64,000 nucleotides of DNA from NCBI GenBank assembly GCA_041750855.1, contig JBGSYT010000172.1:6802-70801 (forward strand). Direction: 5' to 3'. This document shows, in pieces, positions 36,699 through 44,592 of this stretch. The notes under the pieces were generated by a model. The model saw only the letters and a program-made list of their open reading frames with translations. It was not told the DNA's origin and did not search any database. The stretch's first letter is position 1; each line of letters opens with the position of its first letter. A program made the translations under genes and the position numbers. The DNA is from Pyrinomonadaceae bacterium (lineage in GTDB: Bacteria; Acidobacteriota; Blastocatellia; Pyrinomonadales; Pyrinomonadaceae).

Positions 36699-37874
36699 CT
36701 ATTGCCTATCGATATGTAAATAGTACTCGCGTATCGTCTCCATATTTCCGTCAGCCGAGCGCCCCTCGAGCACAACAATATAGTCCTTACGTGACAACGA
36801 GTTTGCCGGAACAGTAACGGCAAGGGTTTTCGTGCCTGCGGTCGCAGCCGTCCTTAAATTCGATGCGCGCCACACCGTGCCTCCTCCGACCGTGGAAATT
36901 CGAACTGAATAAGTGGAATAAGCCCCGCCGCCGAACACCATACGGATGACAACGTTCTGCGTGGCTGAACCTATCTCGGCGGTATTTCGTCTGTTAGCGG
37001 ACCGCGACGCCGAATCGAGCGTCACAGTTTCGGTACGCACGCCGGCTATTTCGGTCCTTGGATCAGGTTGTTTCTGGAGTTCGGGAGTCGGCACAGGCAC
37101 GCCCTTGGTCGCAACATCGGGGAGCTTCGATTCCGGCGAATCCTTGTGCGACATTTGAGGTGCTCGCGGGGTCGGGGAGGAACCTGGAATCTGAGCGATC
37201 GTGTCCGAGGGAGTTGCTCGATCGGGGTTGACCGGCACCTCGCGTTCCTCAACCGGATTCAATTGTGACGGTTGATCACCGCTCTGGTGGGCGATGCTTT
37301 GGGAATTGCCATCAGTTTCCGGGCCATCCGGCCCCTTGACTAGAATTGGAGTTGTCTCCGACGGCACAGGAGGCTCGACCTGGGAATCCGCAATATTTTC
37401 AGGGATTTCTGGCTTAACGAGCGTCCACAACCCAACAGCCAGGACGGCAACAAGTATCCCGGCGGCTGCGAACCTGAACGGAGTGAAGATCATTCTTAGG
37501 CTCTCAAGGACACCCGCCGGTTTAGGCGGGGCGACGACCGGGTCGGACACGGGTACCCGCGATCGGTCGGCAATGCTCGAGATCGAATCGACAAAATCCC
37601 TTGACTCGGCTAGTCGCTTCCTGCGTGAGTTGGTTGAAAGGAAGTGGGGCTCCATGCGGCGGCGTTTTTCGGGATCCAATTCGTTTCGTGAGTAAAGGTC
37701 GAGAACCTCGTCCTTGACAGCGAGAAAATTGTTAAAGAAAGAATCGTCGTCGAAATACGCGGTTTCGAAACGCTCTTGCTCAGCCTCGGTCAGCTCGCCG
37801 AATAGATAGCGCTCGCACAATTCTTCATCGAACGGTAGATTGGCCGATGTGCCGTTTTCATTTGTTGTGCTCAT
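36699..37874 (-). CDS. Putative single-pass anti-sigma factor with a Pro/Ser/Thr-rich extracytoplasmic linker and a C-terminal beta-rich domain
   Basis: The ATG at 37874 forms an ATGA overlap with the sigma stop. The N-terminal motif CERYLFGELTEAEQERFE resembles anti-sigma N-domains. It has one TM (FAAAGILVAVLAVGLWTLV). The ORF track start at 37922 would overlap sigma by 52 nt. Confidence 0.6.
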   Translation of the reverse strand: MSTTNENGTSANLPFDEELCERYLFGELTEAEQERFETAYFDDDSFFNNFLAVKDEVLDLYSRNELDPEKRRRMEPHFLSTNSRRKRLAESRDFVDSISSIADRSRVPVSDPVVAPPKPAGVLESLRMIFTPFRFAAAGILVAVLAVGLWTLVKPEIPENIADSQVEPPVPSETTPILVKGPDGPETDGNSQSIAHQSGDQPSQLNPVEEREVPVNPDRATPSDTIAQIPGSSPTPRAPQMSHKDSPESKLPDVATKGVPVPTPELQKQPDPRTEIAGVRTETVTLDSASRSANRRNTAEIGSATQNVVIRMVFGGGAYSTYSVRISTVGGGTVWRASNLRTAATAGTKTLAVTVPANSLSRKDYIVVLEGRSADGNMETIREYYLHIDRQ

Positions 37875-38482
37875 ATGATCGCACCTCGTTTTAGCGAGCG
37901 GGAAATGCACTCGTCGGTGCATTTTGCCACTTCCCGGCGCAGGCGGCTCGCCCGCAGACGCAACGCGTTCATCGAAGAATTTAACCGCTCCGCTTGCCTT
38001 CTGCGCTGCTCGATCTTCGCGCCTTTCTCTTCTCGATAATACTCAATGATGAAAATGCGCGTGCTCTCAGCGAGCTGACTTAGACACTCATCCAGGCAAT
38101 CGAGCTTTTGCTCTAGTTCGATGCGGGCTTCGTCGGTGCCGTTATTAGAGTGGCGGTCCGCCACAGTTCTCTCGTCCAGCTCGACCGGTTGTTTCGAGAG
38201 GCCCCGCGACGCCTCGATCCAGACGTACCGGGCAACGCCGTAACAATAATTACCAAAATTATGGATCGTCTCGCCCTCGGTGATCTTGCGCATGACCCGA
38301 TCGAAGGTCTCGTCGGCATGTTCTTCGGGGGTACTGCTGCCGCGCGCTTCGAAGAATTCCAACAGTTTGCGTCGCGTGATCTCGTAATGCCGCCCCGCAC
38401 GTTCGCGGTCGGGGTCGAGATTCGCAAGAAGAAGGTCGAATGCTTCCGGCGTGACTGTCCATGTCGAGGCACGAATACCCAT
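37871..38482 (-). CDS. ECF-type sigma-70 family RNA polymerase sigma factor
   Basis: It is ~200 aa. The region-2-like segment is EEHADETFDRVMRKI ... YCYGVARYVWIE. The region-4-like HTH is LAESTRIFIIEYY ... ERLNSSMNALRLRASRLRREV. An anti-sigma-like gene is coupled downstream. Confidence 0.75.
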   Translation of the reverse strand: MGIRASTWTVTPEAFDLLLANLDPDRERAGRHYEITRRKLLEFFEARGSSTPEEHADETFDRVMRKITEGETIHNFGNYCYGVARYVWIEASRGLSKQPVELDERTVADRHSNNGTDEARIELEQKLDCLDECLSQLAESTRIFIIEYYREEKGAKIEQRRRQAERLNSSMNALRLRASRLRREVAKCTDECISRSLKRGAII

Positions 38483-38490
38483 TGGATCTA

Positions 38491-39279
38491 TTAGCTAGCC
38501 TTTCCGGTATGCGGCGACGTTATGACTATTTGAGGATCCAGCTCCCATTCGTATATCCAGCCGTTCGTTGATGTCTTGGAATCATATATCCAATCGAGGC
38601 GCGTTTGGGCCTTTACGAGCGCGCCGTTGCTTGTGTCGAACCAAAAGGTGACGTTGGCCCGAAGCTCGTGGGGCCCGGGCCGCAGCATTTCAGGCGAAAT
38701 GCCGTTGTAGTTATACACTCGGAGTGTCCTCCCGTTCACGGTTTCCTCCCTTTGGTAAGTAACAACGGCGGCCTGATTTGCGTGGCCGAGCGCAAACGCG
38801 GGATCCATAAGCTTCATGGAATGTCTCATCGCCGCCGCTGCTGCGGAGTTGTACTTTGCCCTCAGCTCTGTGTACTTCTTCACGTCGTTTTCAGCCAATG
38901 CCTTTTTTTCGGCCGCCGACCGTTCGGCTTCGGCCGCTTTGTACTCATCCTTTGTCTGAACCGTCCACGGGCCGTCGCCCGACAATTCGTAGATCGAATT
39001 CCCCGCGATCACAGCTTGAGCTACGGAGCTGCGGCCGTTGCCGCTGACTGTCGTTCGAACGTATCCGCGACTGCTCACTTCCGTCGTGGTTACCATATCC
39101 GGCTGCGGTATTGTGCGGGTTTGCGTAAAACGATATGAGCTCCCTCGCGTCAATTCACTGTTTACCCTAAGTCCGTCTCTTAGCATCCGAGTGAAGTCGG
39201 CGAACCGCACAAAACTTCCTTGCCCGAGCAAAGCCGGGGCAAAAACCGAAAAACTCAACGCGAACATTAGGAGTCTCAT
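38491..39279 (-). CDS. Secreted protein, LolA/RseB-like (tentative), paralog 1
   Basis: The signal peptide is MRLLMFALSFSVFAPALLGQ from the ATG at 39279. Alternative starts lie at 39357 (ATG) and 39423 (GTG). The C-terminal TFWFDTSNGALVKAQ ... YEWELDPQIVI matches its neighbour paralog. Confidence 0.5.
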   Translation of the reverse strand: MRLLMFALSFSVFAPALLGQGSFVRFADFTRMLRDGLRVNSELTRGSSYRFTQTRTIPQPDMVTTTEVSSRGYVRTTVSGNGRSSVAQAVIAGNSIYELSGDGPWTVQTKDEYKAAEAERSAAEKKALAENDVKKYTELRAKYNSAAAAAMRHSMKLMDPAFALGHANQAAVVTYQREETVNGRTLRVYNYNGISPEMLRPGPHELRANVTFWFDTSNGALVKAQTRLDWIYDSKTSTNGWIYEWELDPQIVITSPHTGKAS

Positions 39280-39346
39280 ACCTATTGCAGCGATTCGCGT
39301 CCTGCGTCGGATCGCCCAAAGTCCAACTTTACCTAATAGTCTTTCT

Positions 39347-40087
39347 TCATTTAACATAGGCTGGGGCTTCAATGCGGATCGAAGGGTCAAGCTCCCACTC
39401 CTGTATCGATTGCGTTCCCGCACCCGTTTTCCTGTTGATCTGCACGTCTTCTAATTTCACCAATCGACCGCTATCCGCCAGCCAGTATCGATTCGTTTGT
39501 TCCAGTTCGAACACGGTGCCGGGTTCCTTGCCTGGGTTCGAGGAAAATATAGTCCTTACGTATATCAGCAACACCTCTCCTTTGAACACCGCTGTCCCGA
39601 CCTTGAACTCGAACGTTGCTTCCGGTCTTAAAAACCTGAAAGTGCCGGGAGGTCCGGTCCTGGTGGTTTCAAACGGAGCTGCGGGCGGTATTGCCAACCC
39701 GTAATGTTCGCGGTCCTTACGTTGCCAGGCCCCGCGATTCCATCTGACAAATGTATCGTGGCCGACCGAGATGCTTTCCTGCTCAGATTTCTGATAAGGC
39801 GAATCAACGATCGTCAAATGCCGAGAGGATCCCACCGTGTCAAATTCCCGGATCTCCGAAACTCGTCCGAGTGGCTTTCCCTCGCCGTAATTCGACACTA
39901 TGCTTTTCGTGATCCGCCTTGCCTTTCCCTGCCACTCCGCCGGCGGACGACTGAACCCTTGCATCCCCCGGTCGAACATGTGAACGCTCACCGTTTGTTC
40001 CGCGCCTACACCGCCGGGACGCTCCACCTGAGCCTCTGCGATGCCAAGAGCCCACATCAGTATTGTTAGAATGATCAGTGGTCTCAT
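39347..40087 (-). CDS. Secreted protein, LolA/RseB-like (tentative), paralog 2
   Basis: The signal peptide is MRPLIILTILMWALGIAEAQ. The C-terminus is NRYWLADSGRLVKLE ... QEWELDPSIRI. It has an ATGA overlap with the upstream gene at 40084-40087. Confidence 0.5.
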   Translation of the reverse strand: MRPLIILTILMWALGIAEAQVERPGGVGAEQTVSVHMFDRGMQGFSRPPAEWQGKARRITKSIVSNYGEGKPLGRVSEIREFDTVGSSRHLTIVDSPYQKSEQESISVGHDTFVRWNRGAWQRKDREHYGLAIPPAAPFETTRTGPPGTFRFLRPEATFEFKVGTAVFKGEVLLIYVRTIFSSNPGKEPGTVFELEQTNRYWLADSGRLVKLEDVQINRKTGAGTQSIQEWELDPSIRIEAPAYVK

Positions 40088-40509
40088 CTGCTTTTCCTGA
40101 ACCCGTCTGGGAAAGGATCGATCTTGACCGTCGCAACCGCGATGGCAACTATCGTAATAACCGCAGCCACGCCAATTCCGGTTCCCAAAGCTATCAACGA
40201 TGCGTTCGACCAGCCGGCCTTTTTAATTCTGGCTACAGCATCATAATCGAAGGCCAACGGCTGCTCTCCTGGCTTTCTCACCAGCTCAAACGAATTGTCG
40301 CCGATGCGGCTTACAATTCCCTTGATCTCCGTCCCGTTAAGGAGCTCTATTTTTACTTTCTTCCCAACGCCTTGACCCAAGACGAAAGATCTGGCAATCG
40401 CAGCCCGCCGGGCCGATGCCGTAGTCCCTTGAGCCTGCGCGAGGTGCAAGCTGGTAAACGTGATCGTCAGGAAACAGCCTAAAACGATCGAGATAATGGT
40501 CCGGTGCAT
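40084..40509 (-). CDS. Small exported protein, paralog C (diverged relative of A and B)
   Basis: GGAGG lies 8 nt upstream of the ATG at 40509. It has a signal peptide, the core KVKIELLNGTEIKGIVSRIGDNSFELV ... AFDYDAVARIKKAGW, and a C-terminal Gly/Ala/Ile-rich TM. Confidence 0.6.
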   Translation of the reverse strand: MHRTIISIVLGCFLTITFTSLHLAQAQGTTASARRAAIARSFVLGQGVGKKVKIELLNGTEIKGIVSRIGDNSFELVRKPGEQPLAFDYDAVARIKKAGWSNASLIALGTGIGVAAVITIVAIAVATVKIDPFPDGFRKSR

Positions 40510-40749
40510 CTAAGGTCCTCCGTTCGGCCTGGATATTCGGTCGAAGGCGTTCCGGACAGAGATGGATCCGTCAGCAAAATTAAGATCCCTTGCGAATTCG
40601 ATCAAAGTCAGGCACTTCGTTCTGAGGTACTCCTTGGGGCCGACCTCGCTGTGAGAGTTTCGCAAAAGCCCTTCCGCGTCGCTTTGATCCCTTAAACATA
40701 CCGCCGCCGGATCGCCTTCCCTATTAAGTGAAGAAACAGAGGAATCATG

Positions 40750-41193
40750 TCAACGCCAGTCGCCCTGGAGCTCGAACGCGGCCCAGTAGTAGGGCTCCGC
40801 CCACCGCTTTTGCTGCATCATCGCGATCTTCGCCTCACGCAAGGCCGCCGCCGGGCGCATCTTTTCCTTCAGCATTTTCTGGTAAAAGATCTTCATCAAT
40901 TCGGCGGTTGCGACATCGTCCACCTTCCACAGGCTTGCGACAACTCTGGGGGTTCCGGCGTACATGAACCCACGCGTCAGGCCGATCAACCCTTCACCGC
41001 GCACCTCTTTGCCCAAAGCTGTCTGGCACGCACTCAGCACCACCAGGTCTGCATTGAGCTTCATGTTGTAGATCTCGTTCAGCCGCAAGAACCCGTTCAC
41101 CGGCTCGCCCTTCTCATTCACCAGCGACAACACGATCCCCGAAAGCTCAGGATGCTCACTGTGCAGAATACCGTGGGTTGCGAAGTGGACGAT
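40750..41193. repeat. Right arm of the 444-bp inverted repeat (3' end of CHAT gene 2)
   Basis: See the left arm. This arm encodes the His/Cys-containing C-terminal module of CHAT protein 2. Confidence 0.85.
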
Positions 41194-44100
41194 CCCGTAT
41201 TTCGTGAGGTCTGCATTCAGAAGCTTTTCGCGATCAGCGTTGAAGTCGAGAGCCTTAAGTGAATCCCTCGACAGCGCGGAGGCAAATATCTCTTCAGCTT
41301 CCTTCCGCGTGAATGGAAGACGTGGAATTGATAAAGATTCTCCTGGTTTGCCTATAAAATTGAAAGCCCGTTCCAGCAATATCCTGTTCAGATCGGGTTT
41401 TGCGGGTCCGTTGATTTTCGGTTGCTCTGCCCTGACGGCTGGCAGCCGCTCGTCGGTTTCCGAAAATACCGGGTCTGCAAAGATCGCGATAGTTTTTGTC
41501 GGCGGCTTTCGATCAGATATATCGCGACGTTGAACATCGAGCACGGAAGCCGAAGGTAAATTAACGGTCTCGAACTTGACGGCCAACGGCACGGAATCTG
41601 TATTTTGCTTCCCATTCTTCGAATTGGATTCCGGCGGCAGTGGCAGAGAACCGAACGGGAGATACTGCAAAGCGCCGTCCGAGACAATTACCAATCGCTT
41701 GCCTTTCAATTGCGAAAGAACACTAGGGGGTAATAGTTTTCGGCTCAAGGGCGAGGCGACTTGGGTAAATTCCGCAGCGATTGTTTCGTCCGATGCCCAG
41801 CGCTTTCCGTCATTAAGCAAACCTACAACACGTCGCACATCATTCTCGAGCTCGGCCCGACCGGGGAGCTCATAGTTTTTCAGTGAAGTAGAGGTGACAA
41901 CCCACAAAAAACTACGTTTGCCGCCCAAGGCATACTCGAGCAGAACCGTGTCGGCCTGAAGCAGATCGCGTTGTATTTCGCTTGCAGTCAGGGGCTGCGG
42001 CTGAGTCAATGCAGCATAACGAGGACTTTTCAAACGAATCTGCGCTTGGTTATTGCGATATTCAAAGGTGAGCGAATCGATCTCTTTTTTCAGCGCGGCG
42101 GCCTGTTCGGCGGTATATTTACCACTCCATAGTCGCGTTTGTTGTTCAGCCCTCTCGTTGAGTTGTTTCTGCAGCGTGCGCTCACGCTCTAATAATTCGG
42201 GCACAGCGCCTTGATCAATTTGCGTACGCGATTCGTTCAGGAGTTCTAGCAGCGAACGCGCTCTGCGGCGTTGGCTTATCTGGAAAGCCTGGACGTCATG
42301 GCCTTCTGCAGGCTGTTCGCTGTGCATCTGCATCAAAAGATCGATATAGGCTTCATACGTTCCCTCGTGCGTGGCAAAAAAGGCTGAGCGTGTATCCTGT
42401 CCGGCAATGCTGGCGCGGGTTAATTCGATTGCGACGATCGCCTCTTCAAATGCGATCCGTGATTTTTCGAAATGCTTCAAGCCATGATAAGCAAGGCCGA
42501 CCAAATAAAGTGCACGGGGAAGATCTGTGCGGTTGCCGATTTCTCTTAGCAGTGCTGCGGCCCGTTCGGCAGATTCTAGGGCCTGCACGAACTCGCCTTT
42601 CCCGGCGTAGGGATAAGCAATATTAATTAGCGCGGTCGCGATTTGAGACTTATTTCCGATTTCTTCGCTTAGTCTTAGAGTCTTTCGGCGGTATTCAAGC
42701 GCTTTGTCGTGATCGCCTTGTATTTGATAGAGGTTGCCGATCGCTTCCATTGTGAAAACGATCTGCCTTTTATTGCCGCCCGCTTCGTTCAACATCAAGC
42801 ATTTTTTATAAATGTACATCGCTTCCGCGAATTTCCCTTCCAGATACAAAATGCCGCCGATTTTCTCGAGAGCATTCGCGATCAGAGCTTGGTTTTTTAG
42901 TTCTTCGGATAAAATCAGACTTTCCTTATAAAACTCCGACGCCTTCCCTCTGTTTCCTAGTGCATGATGAAGTAGTCCATACGTCATAAAAATATGCGCC
43001 TTCAGCTCTTTGCTATCCAAGGATTCACTGATGGAGAGGGCCCTTTCAACATATTCCATCGAGTTAGTGAACTCGCCGAGCAGCCGGCTGTTGAGGGCCA
43101 TTAAATTGAGCGTCCAGGCGCTATTAGATTTATGGCCTGCCTCTTCACTTAGAGCCAAAGCCTTTCGGTTGTATTCTAAAGACGTCATGAAATTGCCTTG
43201 AAGAAAATAGACTTGGCCGATAGCATACAAAGCAGTAGCTTGCGCTGGCTTACTACCCGTTTCTTGAAAAATAATTAGGCCTTTCTGATAAGCTTCGATG
43301 GCGTCTGCGTAGTTGCCCGTGTGTAGATGAATCGATCCGATGTTGTATAGACTGCTGGCGACTCTTGACTTGACACCTAATTCATGAAAAAGTACCTGGC
43401 ATTTCTGAAAAGCTTCGATGGCGTCTGCGTACCTGCCCGTTTGTTGATGAATTGATGCGATGCTATGAAGTATGTCGGCGGCCCGCCCTTTGTTACCAAG
43501 CTCTTGAAATAGCGTGAGACTTCGCTCGTAAAATTCGAATGCCTGTGGCAAATGCTTTTGTTGCTGATGGATCTCTCCAAGATATAGGAGGCTATCCGCG
43601 AGTCTTACGTTGTCGCCTAACGATTCTCTAAGTTCTAGACTTTGCCGTAAGTACATTAACGCTTGATTTAATTCCCGCTGGTTGAAGAGTACAACCCCAA
43701 TGTTATAGACCGCGTCCGAGACACCGATTTTGTCGCCAATTCGTTCTGCCAGTTGTAAAGTAAATTGAGAGACGATGAGAGACGATGGGAATTTGTTTTG
43801 ATCGCGCAAACGTCGCCCGTGCCCATTCAGTTCGCGAATCAACTCTACCGTTACGAGGTCTTTGTCTTTGACCAGCATCGCCGCTCGCGCTTCTTCGGAA
43901 TCGGCGAAAACCAACGCCGCCGCAAAGCATTTTACCTTGTCTCGATCTTTCTCCTGCGAGGTCGCCGCTCGTATCGCCTCAATGCGTATCTGATAGCGTC
44001 CCGTCGTCGTCTTTTCTCGCGGACGCACTTCGATTCGATAGCTACCCGACCCGTTGGCGACAAACGAAAGAGCCTCCGATCCTTTTGAGCCGTTCGGACT

Positions 44101-44403
44101 ATCTACTTCCGCTAGACGTTCGCCTCCCGGCGCAAAAAGCACTAGTACAACGCCTACTGTGCGTTGTACGACAACGACGGAAACGAATTGTCCGGCTTTC
44201 GGCTCCAATGTATAGAGGTGAATATCCCCGCCTTTTAACTCCCCTTCAATTGGCTTGTCGGGTTCGAGTAACGACGGTGTCTGTGTTGTCGGATCGATAT
44301 TGGTTTGGGCGAAGCTAAGGACCGCATGTTGGGTAGCAAGCAGAACAATACAAATCAGGCGAACCGTCACAATTGGGGAAATGGTATTTCGGCAAACTTG
44401 CAT
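40750..44403 (-). CDS. PPC-like domain + TPR-repeat + CHAT-domain protein 2 (caspase-like), probably secreted
   Basis: The signal peptide is VRLICIVLLATQHAVLSFAQ. The N-terminal beta-sandwich resembles a pre-peptidase C-terminal domain (GDIHLYTLEPKAGQFVSVVV ... GSYRIEVRP ... GRYQIRIE). It has a long TPR array and a CHAT core with IVHFATHG and LVVLSACQT. Confidence 0.85.
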   Translation of the reverse strand: MQVCRNTISPIVTVRLICIVLLATQHAVLSFAQTNIDPTTQTPSLLEPDKPIEGELKGGDIHLYTLEPKAGQFVSVVVVQRTVGVVLVLFAPGGERLAEVDSPNGSKGSEALSFVANGSGSYRIEVRPREKTTTGRYQIRIEAIRAATSQEKDRDKVKCFAAALVFADSEEARAAMLVKDKDLVTVELIRELNGHGRRLRDQNKFPSSLIVSQFTLQLAERIGDKIGVSDAVYNIGVVLFNQRELNQALMYLRQSLELRESLGDNVRLADSLLYLGEIHQQQKHLPQAFEFYERSLTLFQELGNKGRAADILHSIASIHQQTGRYADAIEAFQKCQVLFHELGVKSRVASSLYNIGSIHLHTGNYADAIEAYQKGLIIFQETGSKPAQATALYAIGQVYFLQGNFMTSLEYNRKALALSEEAGHKSNSAWTLNLMALNSRLLGEFTNSMEYVERALSISESLDSKELKAHIFMTYGLLHHALGNRGKASEFYKESLILSEELKNQALIANALEKIGGILYLEGKFAEAMYIYKKCLMLNEAGGNKRQIVFTMEAIGNLYQIQGDHDKALEYRRKTLRLSEEIGNKSQIATALINIAYPYAGKGEFVQALESAERAAALLREIGNRTDLPRALYLVGLAYHGLKHFEKSRIAFEEAIVAIELTRASIAGQDTRSAFFATHEGTYEAYIDLLMQMHSEQPAEGHDVQAFQISQRRRARSLLELLNESRTQIDQGAVPELLERERTLQKQLNERAEQQTRLWSGKYTAEQAAALKKEIDSLTFEYRNNQAQIRLKSPRYAALTQPQPLTASEIQRDLLQADTVLLEYALGGKRSFLWVVTSTSLKNYELPGRAELENDVRRVVGLLNDGKRWASDETIAAEFTQVASPLSRKLLPPSVLSQLKGKRLVIVSDGALQYLPFGSLPLPPESNSKNGKQNTDSVPLAVKFETVNLPSASVLDVQRRDISDRKPPTKTIAIFADPVFSETDERLPAVRAEQPKINGPAKPDLNRILLERAFNFIGKPGESLSIPRLPFTRKEAEEIFASALSRDSLKALDFNADREKLLNADLTKYGIVHFATHGILHSEHPELSGIVLSLVNEKGEPVNGFLRLNEIYNMKLNADLVVLSACQTALGKEVRGEGLIGLTRGFMYAGTPRVVASLWKVDDVATAELMKIFYQKMLKEKMRPAAALREAKIAMMQQKRWAEPYYWAAFELQGDWR

Positions 44404-44592
44404 TAGGTTCAGGCCAACCGGTTCGGCTGAAAATATACTATTTCGGGCGATTTTTCAGCGCGAGTTTATCAGACTTTCTCCAACAATCAATCTTTTTTTC
44501 GCTGTTAGAAGCTAACCGTAACCGAGACCAGTCGAGAAAGCCGCGCGTCCATTTCTGGCGATATCCTGGAGGCGCATCCTGCTCCAGAGTGT

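Noticed and set aside
40549-40553. A GGAAC (minus strand) upstream of small protein C, considered as the -35 element of an ECF promoter
   Set aside because: No convincing CGT-type -10 element sits at the expected 16-17 nt spacing. A single pentamer is not evidence, and transcription-start mapping would be needed.
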